Positions 40,356-54,485 of a DNA stretch of 64,000 bases are shown piece after piece (positions within the stretch are counted from its first letter, which is position 1; the number at the start of each line of letters is the position of its first letter). This stretch comes from Callorhinchus milii (taxonomy: Eukaryota). The notes beneath the pieces were generated by a model, which made no database searches, was not told the origin of the DNA, and was given only the letters and a program-made list of their open reading frames with translations. Location of the stretch: contig NW_024704743.1 of the NCBI RefSeq assembly GCF_018977255.1, positions 109,804,001-109,868,000 of the forward strand, read 5' to 3'. A program made the position numbers and the translations under genes.

Positions 40356-43044
40356 TTTAAAAGAATGGATGGTGCCTCAGCCGCATTCTCACCACCTGAA
40401 GGAGCAGAAAAGTCTCAACTAGAGACTCGCCCACCTGACTCCTTACTCCCCCTCACTTTCTGGAACCTCATCTTGCTTTTCTGTCAATCAAAATTATAAA
40501 TCCCTGGCAGTCCTGTCACAATATTAGTTTTTCGTCCGGAAAATTAATAGCATTTAATAGCATTTTTTTTAACGCTTTCCCTAATGCTTTAATCCATCTT
40601 CCACCAATGTTGTTGACAGTGTGTGATCAGNAAAAAAATTTGTCATCAGTCACATTTTTTTCTGTTAACGTTCCCTTGACAAATGGCGTTCACTTAATGG
40701 CTTACATCAACACTGACTCACACACTGTGACCAATGTAAACTCAGCAGCGGTGTTGAGAATAAGTTAACTTTACATTATCTGCACGTCACTCTCCTTCAG
40801 ACTTATTAGTTGTGTGAATTGTTTTGAAACAAGTGTGCAAAGTGTGCAGAGTTATTCTGGCATACTTTCACGTGGCTTTAAAACACTGGTGTCAGCGTGG
40901 CTTATTTGGTAGCACTCTCGCCTTGAGTCAGAAGGTTGTGAGTTCATGCCCTACTTGAATAATAATGATGATCCATACAGGTAATATAGCAAAAAAAATC
41001 ACTCATTCCATGACTGTTTGTGGGACACTGCTGTGTGCAGTTAACTGCCACGTTTCACCCACCAAGTTACAGTCAATTCATTTTACAGTATGTTCTGTGA
41101 AGCGTTTTGAGATGTCTAGAAGACGTGAAAAGCGCTATACCAAATACAAGGATTAATATTATTATTATGTTTCATGCCAGGAGGACATCTCAAAGTCCTT
41201 CACAGATTGTAAAGTGCAGTGACTGTGCAGTTTATATGCAAGGGATTGTGGAAAGACACTCCCTCAGTGAGCACTTCATTCATACATGTTAAGGATTTGC
41301 CTCTGGGTATTGTTGTGGTGAAAGAGATTTTTAAAAACAGACACACACACACAGAATTTCTCAAGGAATAATGCATAATAGGACATTGCTGAAGAGCCAG
41401 CAACCATAGTTTAGCAGTAGTGCCTATTTAAATAATTGAATGTTATGGGAAGTAAAGTGGTCCCATTCTGCTATATGTTGACGAACTTGAAAACAGCTGC
41501 CACACTTGCTTATAATGATGGCTGTAAATGGGTTTATTCTTGGACATCTCCTCCACTGTGTGTCTCCTTCAGAGGTTGATTTTACCACGTAAAAGTTAAC
41601 AACCCTTCCCAAAGTCAAAAACTTTTAACACTTTATATATCACTTATTAACATCAAAAAATCTCAAAGCATTTTACAGGTAATTGCTGTTAAGTATTTTA
41701 ACTGGGAATTTGTAGGCAAGCCCAGCAGGCTATCTGTACACTGTAAGGTCCCATGAAGTGAATTAATATTTTATATGTAATTGTGCCATGTCAACTTTAA
41801 CATGTCACTTGAGAGGGTATTGGGTACCACACTTTAGCATCTGGCCTGAGAGACAGCACCTCTGACAATCCAGTACTACACTGCATCATGAGCTCAAAGT
41901 GCTCATTGGGGCATGAACCCACAACAACAACAATTTGTACTTATAAAGCACCTTGAACATGAATGTCTCAAAAATGCTTTACAACCAATTAGAGACCTCG
42001 AGCAGTAATCCCATCTGATTTAATAGGCTTATAATAATAATAACAAATATAAAAATCATTACAAAAGAATCATAACACTTTATCATGTCATCAAGTCATC
42101 CCAGAGACCTTCACAGGATATACAGTGAAGTGGTGTGACTATCTGTGTATATTTGTGGACAAATCTTGGGATTATTGGGATTACTATATCAAAGATAAAG
42201 ATAATTATTTTTTATTAAAGTTCCAAAGTGAGGCTGGATCCCACACCCTTCAGACTCCACCCAGTTGATCCCTGTCTTCTGTTAACTCTAGGAAGGGGAG
42301 GGCCAATTTAGCAGCTCCAACCGTGAAACTCAGCATAGACCTGGATTCAGATGTAAAATGTTTCTCGATCTACCGCACCATCAGGACTGGCCAAAACTTC
42401 AGTCTTAATTTGGCAGCCGGTTTTCTTCTTTTTAAGAAATGTGGAAAAGCTGGCTTCCAAATTGAGGTGTAATTAAGAATTCTCTCCCTGCCCCCTCCCC
42501 CACCTTCACAAAAATACTCTTTCGTGATCTTAAACGCTATAGTTGTGAACACAGCTAAAACCGCAAGGGATTACAAGCCTCAACATCCTGCTGATGATCA
42601 GAGTTAAAAAAACAGAGGGAACAACGTAGTAATATGCAAAATGTGGCCTGACGTTCAGATTTACTGACAGTTACTCCCAGACTGATTCACGAACAGAAGG
42701 CCCTATTAATTGATATTAATTAATCATGCAAATTTAGGAGAATATAATTCATGTAAACATTTCTTTGGGAGTGGGAGGAGGGGAGTAAACAACTGTTTGG
42801 CAACTGCTCTCTGCAATGCTGGCGTTAAGTTACTTGATCTCGTTCTGTTCACTGCGTGATAACAACAACTTTTCATTTATATAGCGTCCCTTACTCATGG
42901 TAGTGCCCAGAGTGTTTGTACGGCCAAAGACTGTCCAGTGGTCTGGTTGGACAATAAAACAGTAATAACCCTTTCATTTGATATAACATCGAGACGTATC
43001 AATGTGCTTCACAAGTTTTTACTACGAATTTGAGTAGCCAATAA

Positions 43045-43245
43045 TTAGCTCTTGACAACCTGCACCTAATAATCTCTGGAATTAGGTAGAAAGGGTGCGT
43101 TCCTCCGGGGAGAGAGTGAGCATTCCATTCCAGACACAGAGAAATTTCCATGTCTAGGTGGCATGCATGGAACTCTCTAGTTTGGATACTCTTAAGCACG
43201 GTGATGAGTTTCTGCGTGTTCCAGTAACCAGGCTAACCAAAAACA
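43045..43245 (-). repeat. Copy of the unclassified 34075-34335 repeat
   Basis: tttggatactcttaagcacggtgatgagtttc. Confidence 0.8.
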
Positions 43246-43349
43246 AAACCTATGACCAGATTTGTACCCAGTACTTCAGGGGAACCTGCATCAATGCTTT
43301 GTCACTTTGTACTATGGAGGTTTGAAAATGGTTTAAATGTTTTAAATTC

Positions 43350-43741
43350 TTGTACTTCACTGGAATTACTGCAAAGTGCATTGACTGTGTACTTTTGTAG
43401 GCATACGTAGCAGACAATTTGCACGCAGCAATATCCCACAAACAGTCATGATGTGTGCTGATTAATTTCATTTGAGGGATTGTTGGCCATGACATCAGGA
43501 GAAACTCTCTTCTCTTTTCAAATATTGCCGAGGGATCTTCAAGTGTCCAGCTGACCAGGCAGATGGGACCTCGGTTTAATGTCTCATCTGAAGGACAACA
43601 TTTCCAGCAATACAGCATACCCCCAGCACTGTATTGGAGCATCAGCCTAGAGTATGTGAATTCAAAGTCCTGAAATGGGGCTTGAACTCACAACCTTCTG
43701 ACATGGAGGCGAGAGTACCACAACTGAGCCAGGCTGACACC
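43350..43741 (-). mobile_element. Deu-domain SINE, near full length
   Basis: Head gtgtcagcctggctcagttgtgg...gttcaagcccc in reverse, plus core and tail. Confidence 0.88.
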
Positions 43742-44059
43742 TAAAGCTCGCAGTCTGAGAAAGTTTATGAAGGATTTCGATACAGTAATTCCAGGTGAAG
43801 GTGATGGGCCCCTGAACAGCAGCATGGCAGATTGAGTACCTAATGACATGGAGAGGGGAAGTACTGCCTGAGTGTAATGTGGGGAATGTAAAGATTAGAC
43901 ACAATCTCCAAACAATCAAGATACAACAAGGCATTAAATCCACCGGAGCAGGACGAGACAGCACATAGGACCTGTCATGCTTGGGAACTAGCATGTTAAT
44001 GGTTGTAGAAAGAGAAACGTTGCATTTTTACAGGTTTTTTACAGTACCTTAAATACTGA

Positions 44060-44436
44060 GAGACCTCAAGCTGCTTTGTAATAATTGCCGTCACATAGAG
44101 TCACTGTGTATTTGCAGTAAAGCCAGCAGCCACTTTGCACACAACACAGTAAGATTAGCAGCCACAAATGATCTGGGGGATTGTTGGTCAGAACATTGGG
44201 GCAATCTCTTGTCAAATAGTGCTATGGGATCTTTATAATGTTCATCTGAACAGGCAGACAGGACCTTGGTTTTACATCTCGTCTGAAGGATGGCACCTCT
44301 AACAATGCATCAGTGCCCCAGCACTGCATTGGAGCATCATCCTGGACTGTGAGCTCAGTACATGCCATGGGGCTAGAACTCACAACACTCTGATTCAGGA
44401 GGCTAGAGAATGCTATGGGCCGAGCCAGGCTGACAT
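44060..44436 (-). mobile_element. Deu-domain SINE
   Basis: Same layout as 43350-43741. Confidence 0.82.
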
Positions 44437-44479
44437 CAGTCTTTGACTGGCTTGGTGAGGTGGAGTGTACATCGTCCTC

Positions 44480-44848
44480 ACTTTCAACACCCTCCACGGC
44501 CTTGCCCTCCCTTCATCTCTGACTTGCTAACCCCCTATCAACCTGACCGATCCTTCTGTTCAGCGGGCTCCGGCCTGCTCCAAGTCTCCCACCCAACCCG
44601 CCCTACCATCGGTGGCCGGGCTTTCAGCCTCTCTGCCCCCACTCTTTGGCACTCCATCCACAGTCCCTTCGCCTTGCCTACTTCAAGGCACGACTCAAGA
44701 TCCTCTTTTCAACCGTGCCTTCAGCCGCCCTTCTACCTCTCTACCCTCCCTCATCCCAACCCGGCCCCTCCACGCTCAGGTCCTTATCCCTGACTGTTCA
44801 GCGCCCTGGGACGTCGTCCCGATGTGAAATGTAATTTTGTTGTTGTTG
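44480..44848 (+). mobile_element. L2 3' fragment
   Basis: [17 protein letters not shown] and a (TTG)n tail. Confidence 0.9.
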
Positions 44849-45471
44849 GATGATCTGTAAGATCAATTCTGAATAAACTATCCATTTGGAATTGATCCAA
44901 ATCTCCCCACGGTAATGTGACTGGCTTATATAACACTGAGCTGCTCAATGCGTGTCGTCACCAAACCTATTCCATTGTATTACAGTGCTGACAGACGTGC
45001 ATTCCCAGGCTTGTGAAATAGACATAGAGACTGAAATCACATTATCAAAAAAAAAGCACAAGAGCTTCAATAGTTTGATGAAGCCTGAGATTAAATCAAT
45101 AACTAATCTAAAAAAAATTCTATTTAATGTGAATTACAGCAATTAGGGTTAGTGGTGAGCTTCAATTATCTCCCACTTTAGGCAACAAACAGGTAGACAA
45201 CGCGTAGCAAGCAAAAGATGTTCAACTAGACTCGACTGAATTAATCTGTAATTATCAATTCACAGCATGTGTAACTACAGCAAGCGGCGGTGCTCAGATA
45301 GTACACAAATTGGGTTTGTGAACAGTCCAGGCTGATGTTCCCGTGCAGTGCTTGGGCGGAGTGGAGTGTCAGCAGTTCGGGGTTCCACAAATATGCGGTT
45401 TTGTGGATTCCCTTCATCTATTCCCTTCATCTGGGAACAGAGCAATGCAATGCTCCTTCTCTCTCCTAAGA

Positions 45472-46161
45472 TAGGACACTAAGCTAGGAGGCTCAGTAAA
45501 CTGTGTAAATGGGAGTAGGAAGTTACAAAGGGACTTAGACAAATTAAGTGAGTGGGCAAAGCTGTGGCAAATGGAGTTCAATGTAGGGAAGTGCAAGGTC
45601 ATCCTCTATGGACTGAAAAAAGATGGAAGCAGAATATTTTCTTGATGGAGAGAAATTAAGAACTGTGGAGAAACAAAGAGATTTGGGTATCCATATTCAC
45701 AAATCACTAAAAACTAGTTCTCAGGTGCAAAAAGTAATCAAAAAGGTGAATGGAATGTTGGCTTTTATCTCAAGGGCCTGGAATACAAAGAGGAAGAAAT
45801 GATGCTTCAGCTGTACAGAGAGTTAGTCAGATCCCATCTGGAGTACTGCGTTCAGTTTTGGGCACCACACCTCAGGAAAGATAGATTGTCCCTGGAGGGG
45901 GTGCAGCACAGGTTAACCAGAATGTTATCAGGCCTAAAAGGGTTGTTACGAGGAAAGGCTATGTAATCTTGGATTGTATTCCCTTAAGTTTAAAAAATTG
46001 AGGGGTGATTTGATTGAGGTATTTAAGATGATAAAGAGAAAACTGCTTCCTCTGGTGCGGGAATCCCAAACAAGGAGGCATAGTCTTGAAATTAGAACCA
46101 GGTCATGTAAGAGTGAAATCACGAAGCATTTTTTCACTCAAAAGGGTGGTAGAAATCTGGA
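45472..46161 (+). mobile_element. CR1 RT C-terminal fragment, lacking its 3' end
   Basis: DTKLGG...LQRDLDKLSEWAKLWQMEFNVGKCKV, LVRSHLEYCVQFWAP and LRGDLIEVFKM. Confidence 0.95.
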
Positions 46162-49100
46162 TACAGGGAGCGGCGCCAGGACAGCGCGGGGAGGAGCTGA
46201 CGTCATAGTTGTAGTTTTCAGAAGTGTGCGCGCGCAACAAAAACAAAAATCCTCTGCGCCCCCCCCCCCCCCAGGGCTCACATCAGGGCCCACCATGGCC
46301 CTGTTAGGTTGGCTGCCCCAGCCCATGGGATAATGTGTCCATCCACCTGACCGCTTGCTCCCGGTCCCCGTGTGCGCAATATGGCTGCCGCTATGACCCT
46401 CACCCCCTCACCCCTCTCTACCCCCAAACCCTCCCCCCTCTGCATCTCTCCCGCTCTCTCCTCCTCTCTCTCCGTCCCTCTCGCCTTCTATCCCCACTTG
46501 ACCCTCCCACAACCTCCCTCTGCTCCAGCCTGGGAATCCTCCGCCGGGCTCACCGTGGCACTCGGCGTTGGCTGTCCAGCAGCAGCCACACCGACTGCCC
46601 CATTCCCCACCACACTCGCCAGCCACCCCGGACACAGACCCGGGGAGCCAACCTCTCCTCCCTCATCCCCATTTCCCCCACCCCTGCCTCACAACCTGGA
46701 CCCCCTCCCCTCCCACACACCCTTCTGTCAACCGCTCCCTCCACATCGGACTACAAAACGTCCGCTCCCTCTGTAACAAGGCCCTGGTCATCAACGATCT
46801 CATCCTTGATGAGAACGTTGATATCATGGCCTTAACGGAAACCTGGCTCACCCCAGGCGACACCTTCCCCCTCACGGAGGCCACACCACCCGGCTACACC
46901 TCCCACCACATCCCTCGCCCCAACCGCCGTGGCGGTGGTGTTGCCCTTATCTCAAGGACACCACTTGCCCTATCCCCCTACTCCTCTGGCTCTTTCCCCT
47001 CTTTTGAGCACCTCACCCTCTCCCACCCCTCCTTCCTCTCACTTAAAATCCTCCTCCTCTACCGGCCCCCTAAAACCTCTCCCACCTTTATCTCTGATAT
47101 CTCAACACTTCTCACATCTCTCTGCCTCTGCTCTGATCGCCTCATCATCCTGGGCGACTTTAACCTGCACTTCAACCCTCCTGCTCAATCTCCTCAGATT
47201 TCTCTTCCCTGCTCTCCTCACTCAACCTCTCCCTCCACATCAACTCCCCCACTCACAGTCACGGCCACCCACTCGACTTGGTGATCACCCGGGGCCTCAG
47301 TGTCTCGGATGTCACCATCACCGACAAGGCCATCTCCGACCACCACTTCATCTCCTTCACCACCTCCACCCCCCTCCCCACCTCCACCAGACCCACCACC
47401 ATCTTCTACCGCCCCTGGAAGAAGTTAACCCCTCATTCCCTAACCTCTGCCTTGGAGTCCTCTGAACTCCTCTCCCTCTGGCCTTCAACCCTCACCGACC
47501 CCTCTTCTGCTCTCACCCTCCTCCACAACACCCTCTCCTCCACACTTGACACTCTTGCCCCTATCACCTCCCGTACTGTCTCCTACTCTCGCTCCTCCCC
47601 CTGGTTCACCACCCACCTCCGCTCACTGAAGAGCCAGGTGCGGGCCGCTGAACGCACCTGGGTCAAATCTGGCCTAACGGTCCACCGACAAATCTGGCTG
47701 GACCTCCTCAAAATCTACCGCTCCACTCTAGCCTCGGCCAAATCGTCCTTCTACTCCAGGATAATCCTGGAGGCGAAGGACAACCCCAGGCTACTGTTCT
47801 CTACCACATCCCAACTCCTCCGTCCCCCCCGCCACCCCGCGCAGGTCATCTCCTCCAACCTTCACTGCGAGGAGATGCTGGATTTCCTTGAATCCAAGAT
47901 CAAGGGAATTCGCTCCGCGGTCACTTCCCCTCCAACATCCACCCACCCCTTCCCTCCCACACTCCGACTCCTACCCATCCTCCCCTACACACCTTCGTAC
48001 CCGTTTCCCCACCCTCTGTCACCAAACTCATCCTATCCCTGAAACCCACCACCTGCTCCCTTGACCCCATCCCCACTCCTTATCTCCCAGCTCCACCTCC
48101 TTGCCCCACATATCACAGACATCGTCAACCTGTCCCTCTCCTCTGGCTCTATTCCCATTCCCTTAAAAACTGCCACCATCACTCCCACCTTAAAAAAACC
48201 CTCCCTTGATGCGTCGCAGCTATCAAGCTACCGGCCCATCTCCAACCTCCCCTTCCTGTCCAAGGTCCTGGAACGAGTTGTCGCCTCCCAGCTGCGCTCT
48301 TTCCTCTCCAACCATTCACTATTCGAACCCCTTCAGTTGGGTTTCCGTGCTGCCCATAGCACAGAAACTGCCCTGGTCAAGGTCACCAATGACATCCTGA
48401 CCATCTGTGACCAGGGCTCCCTCTGCCTCCTCGTCCTCCTCGACCTATCGGCAGCATTCGATACGGTCGACCATGCTATCCTCCTCCACCGCTTGTCCTC
48501 CCACCTAAACCTTCAAGGCCCTGTCCTTGAGTGGTTTAGGTCGTACCTCTCCCACCGTCTTCACTTTGTCTCCACAAATGGTTTTTCCTCCGGCCCCCGC
48601 ACTGTCTCGTGCGGTGTCCCTCAGGGCTCTGTCCTCGGTCCCCTCCTCTTCACCCTCTATATGCTCCCCCTTGGTGACATCATCCGCAGACATGGGGTTA
48701 ACTTCCACATGTATGCGGATGACACCCAACTCTACCTTTCCTCCTCTACCCTCAACTCCACGACCACCGATGTCCTGACAGCCTGCCTGTCCGACATCGA
48801 GTCCTGGACGAGAGATAACTTTCTTCAGCTCAACGTGCGCAAAACTGAGGCCCTCCTGATTGGCTCACGTCAGCGCCTCCGCACCTCAGGCGCTGACAGC
48901 ATCAGCATCCAAGGCTGCACTCTCCACCTCTCAAAGCCAGTCAGGAACCTCGGGGTTCTGTTCGACCCTGAGCTGTCCTTTCTCCCTCATATCCGCGCCA
49001 CAACTGGCACCGCCTTCCATCACCTCCGGAATGTCGCCAGACTACGGCACTACCTCACCCCTCACGCTGCTGAAACACTGGTCCACGCCTTTATCACCTC

Positions 49101-49710
49101 AAGGCTGGACTATGGGAACTCTCTCCTCGCCGGCCTTCCCGGCACCTCCCTCCACAAGCTGCAGGTCATTCAGAACTCTGCAGCTCGTGTACTGTCCCGC
49201 ACCAGGCTTCGGGACCACATCACTCCCACCCTCGCTCGCCTCCACTGGCTCCCCATCCCCCAGAGGATCGAATTCAAGATCCTCATCCTCACCTACAAGG
49301 CCATTCACGGCCTTGCTCCCTCCTACCTCTCCGACCTACTATCCCCCTACCTACCTGCCCGTACCCTCCGTTCCTCTGGCTCCGGTCTGCTCTACAGCCC
49401 CCACCCCAACCGCCCTACCACGGTGGCCGGGCCTTCAGCCTCTCAGCCCCTAGGCTCTGGAACTCTATCTCCCAGTGCCTTCGCCTTGCTTCCTCCCTTT
49501 CCTCCTTCAAGGCCGGTCTCAAGACCTTTCTCTTTGACCGTGCCTTCAGCTCCCCTCTCGACTCTCTATCCCCTCCTCGCTCCCTCCCTTCCCTCCCCTC
49601 ACCCTGACCATTTCCCCCTTGCTCGGGTCCTGACCCAAATGTACAGCGCCTTGGGACGTCCTCCCGACGTGAAAGGCACTCAATAAATGGAATCTTGTTG
49701 TTGTTGTTGT
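46162..49710 (+). mobile_element. Near full-length young L2-clade LINE (APE endonuclease plus RT; ORF broken by about 5 frameshifts)
   Basis: APE motifs GLQNVRSL, LTETWL, GGGVAL, YRPP, GDFNLH, LDLV and SDH. RT motifs [37 protein letters not shown] and YADD (48712-48723). Stop at about 49607, then stem-loop and (TTG)n. Confidence 0.97.
46198..46215 (+). promoter_or_regulatory. CRE palindrome TGACGTCA plus an adjacent ACTACAA (ZNF143-like, - strand) motif in the CpG-rich L2 5' end
   Basis: The motifs are visible directly; a role as internal promoter is inferred. Confidence 0.4.
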
Positions 49711-52700
49711 ATTCCTACGTTCGCTCAAGAGAGATGGGCATCCTGTTCATCTAACCCCGGAGAGTTTGGGTTCAGGTTGGCGAGAGCCAAGGCTTGGGGT
49801 GAGAGTGCACTGGGGTTGTAAACACTGACAAACTTCAGAAGCTGATCGAGTTGGCCCAAAGCTCTGGCAGATCGTTATCAGAAAGAATTTCTCTCCACCT
49901 CACCCCTCCCCAATGAGAACTGGATTCCTTATCAAGCAACGCTGTTAAGGAATGCAAATTAGATTCAAAGCCAGGATTTCTTCCTGGTTAGAAATACGTC
50001 CATGCATAATAAGACTAAGGAGAGCTGACAAAACGGTTTTGTGTCCAACATTGCCAGAAGAGAATATCTGGAGGTCTGATACAGTGCTTATTGCCCACTC
50101 ATCCCTGGGCAAACATCGAGAGCAGTGGGTGCCACTTTGAGGATAAACAAACTTTTCTGTTTGGTCTTCCAGGTCTCTGACACCTGAGGAAAACCATATT
50201 GAAACCACACAGAGTTCCACATATGCATACCCAACACATTTTCCCATGTCTGGAATGGAATGCACACTCTCTCCCACCCTGCTTACCTAGTTCTGAAAAG
50301 AATTAAGCATGACACAAGATTTAGTTTTTTTTGTTCTTTTGAAAATATATATTTATTAGAAAATATAGTATTTGGTACAACAAAAAAAACACAACATTGT
50401 CCATTGGATCCCATTCTTACACTCGAGAGCAACAACAAATTACAAATTACATTTGCATAGCGCCTTTTATGTCAGGAGGATACCCCACTATCTGACTAGC
50501 TTCCTGCTACTTGCCACGCACAAATTGACTGCCACGTTCATGTAAAGTACACAGTCGCTACACTGCAAGACCTTTGAGAGGTCTCGACAATGTGATCTAT
50601 ATCAAATGCAAGAATTATTATTAGTAATGATAGTCCTTGTCCAGCTGGGACCATCCTCCCGATAGGGCTTTAGATTTACGATTATTATTATTATTAACTG
50701 TCAATCGCTTATCTGAAATGTGTAACATTGTGGGATTCCCAAATCTGAGCAGAGGTGCCGGAGCTTGGAGTCTCCAGAGAAAGGAAGGGACACCCAGCAG
50801 ACCTATTTCATTTTTCTCTTTGCCGTGACTCACTCTGTGATGTGTTACAATTGTGTGTTTCTTTGTATGCATTGCTAAAGAACATAATCTGCAGATTTTT
50901 CCTGGTCCTGCTCATTCCGACTGTGTTAAGTAGAGGGAAAACAAAACTTGTGAATACCTCAGCACAGGAAAGTGAATTCTTAGTATCTGTTATGGAACAG
51001 GATCAGAATTCCAGACTCGCTGTTGTTTATTTTGTGCTGTTATATTTGAACACAAGGGACATTCATGGTCTGGAATAGCTGCAGAAACATCTGAGAATTC
51101 ATCAGCACAAACATTACAGGTGCAAAATAATCAACCAAAGCTCTTGAAATATTTAGTTTTGAAGTAAAATCAAAACTTGAGGAGGCGAGGGGAGGAGTGG
51201 GGTGTTCTTTTATCTAAAATATTAAGAGAGCGAAGAGGTGGATTTGTTATACAGTGATTACTGTTCAAGCTCAGATAAGATCCACATCGTCATGCCACAG
51301 AATTACTGCTCCAGGCTATACTCATGTACACATAACACCCACAACCCAACACACACACCAACAGCACCACCAACAATAAATTGCAATGATATAGCCCCTT
51401 TCACATCAGGAGGATGTTCCAAGGCATTGGACATATATGCACATAAACATGCAACAAAAACACGAATACACATATAATCCCCACAAACATAACATACAAT
51501 ACACTTGCACTCACACTGGATTGCTCTAAGATGTCATGACTGTATTTATAGTGGAACAAGGCAGCCAAAGTCTCACAAACAGTCACAAACTTTTACCCAG
51601 CTGTTGATTAACAGCAACTTGCATTTACATATGCCCTTCATGCGAGTTGTATAACATAACGACTGGAACTGAGGTTACTAGGAAGGGTGGTTGAGGCCAA
51701 GAAGCTGGCACTTGTTTAAAACAAAACAGCTTGACACTGAGATGGGAGGATGACACGGTGGCTGTTTTGGAAGGATGAGATCAAACCAATTTTGTGAAGT
51801 GAACAATCAATTTATTTAAGCTTTTAATAGGTAATAGTCTCATGGCCTAAGACTAGTTATGTTTCCGAGTGTCTTGGACTTAGAGCCAAGAACTCAATAA
51901 TGGATCAAGTTCCACAGCACCTGGCACCACTTTGCCGGCCTCCTGCAGCGAGAAGGGCAGAGACCTGGCATCATTCTGTCAGCTGCAATCGAAGCCACCC
52001 AGGAGTGAGGCTCAACGTGAAGAGCGAGCAGCTCTGGTCATTATCACAAGAGGTACTTGCTCCAAGCAAGGACCACATCCAACGCTCCAGTGGAAGACTT
52101 TGCATTGACATCACACAACAGCTTGAGTGAGGCTCAACAACAACTTGCATTTAAGTAGTGCCCTTCATGCAGGATAAGCACACAGTTCAGGCTGATGATC
52201 CAACACAGTACTGGGGAGAGTGCTGCATTCCAATCTACCACCCCACCCTCCAACTCTCAACTCACTGCTCTCTCCGCAGCACAAAATGCCAGAAATTGCT
52301 AATCCCAGTGAACACCCAGTGTCACAGAGCACGTTTGTAAGACCCACTGCATGAAGCCCCCAACAAGTTTCCAACATGACAAGACGCTTGCATCAGACAC
52401 AGCAGGTATGCATTAATGAGCACCAAAAAAATGAAATGCTTCTTCTAATATTTGGCCTCGTTTCCTTTTTGAAAGCAATTGCGGATTCCGCTTAATCCAC
52501 TAAATTTGGTACGTTATTCAGATCTTTGGCTGTTTGTAGGACCTTGCTGTGTGAAAATTGCCTGCCGTGTTCGCCTACAAAATACACACACGAAATCGTG
52601 TGTGTATCATAACGAAATCCCACAAAGTGCTTTGAGATATTGAGGATATCGATAAGTGACGATCAAATGCAAAGATTTTATTATTAACTTATTCATGCCC

Positions 52701-54109
52701 TCTACTCCCTGACCAATGGAAATAGTTTGCTTATTTACCTTATCAATGCTCTCCCTCCTCCCTCATACAAATTGTGAACATCGATATCGTGTACCCACTC
52801 AAGTTTTCCGTTTGCATTGAGTGGATCTCGCACGTTCATTCCCGTTGCTGCCTGTTCAGGGCACAACTTCACTCAGCGGTGGAGAAATGCCGACAATGAA
52901 AGTAGCCATCAAGGACCTTTCATTTGTCACGTTAGCAGCCTACTGTAAATACACAGGAAGACTCCTCTCACTTGCTCATGCTCTCTCTCTCAGCTAAGAA
53001 AACTGTACCCTTCCAATCAGCACTCAGTGCTCTCCTCAAGATAAGAGCATCTGGAGTAATTGAGCGGAGACAAACTAAATTAATCCCCAGAGTCGAGATG
53101 CTTTTCTTTTCAAATATTTGCTGCTGAACATGGAAGGGACAAAGGATAGGCCGGTGCAGTCAGCAGAACGGTGCAGTCTCTCTCCTGCCCACACTTCAAT
53201 TTGCGTCTGCAATGGGAATTAACTTCAATGAATAACTTCTGCTCAGCGTTTTGCCTTCTGCGGTGACTGATGTGCTTATCCCTTCACATCGTTCTCTGCA
53301 TGAAACTGTTCGGAAAGGCCGGGAATTAGTAATCCATTTTCAGGGCTCTGAATAACAGTAATCACAGACAGCAAAAGACATAGAAAGAGTTTTTTTTTTG
53401 CAAAGTAAATATCTTAAGTTCATTAAAAGCCAAACAGTATCTTTTTGGACTTCCCGCTGTGACTGGAGCTTAAGAACTAAATTCCCAGTTATCACAAAGC
53501 ATAAGCATTTGTTGAAAACATAAAAGTAAATTTTCAATTTTTTTTAACTAGGGCATTGTAAAGTGTGTGTGTGTGTATTTCTTTGCCCAAAGATGTCATT
53601 TTGGGGGAATAATAAATCCTTATTCTTCTACTTCTGGCTGCATTTACAAACTGTTGGGCAGGCGTAATGTGACACTGCACAGGTTACTTCTAACCAAACC
53701 ATTCACTCCGCACCCCCTCATCTCCCCTCTTCCACCCTCTCCCCATCCCAGCTAAACTGCTTCCAATTGACTGCAGCAGCAGTTGAGGTGTTATCAGTAC
53801 AAAGTTGCTCACAACAACAATAACTTGCATTCATACAGTGAATTTGCGTAGATTAACATCTCAATGTGCTTGAGAGGGGCTGGGATGGATGGCGAGCAAA
53901 ATTCCAACCTCTCCCTCCCCCCCCTATCCCGGCACACACCAAGAGCTAAAATAAAGGCAGGTTACCAATCAAGCAGGATGAAGTGTAAGCATTTCTGCAC
54001 CTATGCACACAACACATAGAAATGTACAACACTGTAGGGAATCATTCAAATCATTCACATTGGTGCTTGCTTGTCCAACAAGCCACCCGCCCTTCCTAAT
54101 CCTAATCCT

Positions 54110-54480
54110 TTGCCACAGAACTACAGAACTTTACAGCACAGAAGAAGGCCATTCGGCCCATCATATTTATGATTGCTATTCGAAAGGCAAATCCGCTCTA
54201 TCCCATTTATCTGCTTTTCCCTCCCCCCAATCCATTGCAAATGACTCATTTTTAGATATCTACCTCACTCTCTCTTGGAAGCCCCTATGGATTCTGCCTT
54301 GACCATTGCTCCCAGCAGCCACACCATATCCTAACAGCTCTCTGTGGGGAAAAATAATTGCTAATTATTTTAAATTGCCGCCCTCTAGTCACTGACTCAC
54401 TTACCAGTGGGAATAATTTTGCTTTATCTATTTTTTCAAAACTGCTGATCATTTAAAAGACCACTCTCAGGTCTCTACTT
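54110..54480 (-). mobile_element. CR1 3' fragment
   Basis: tacagcacagaagaaggccattcggccc and the following degenerate ORF2 end. Confidence 0.8.
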
Positions 54481-54485
54481 TACGC

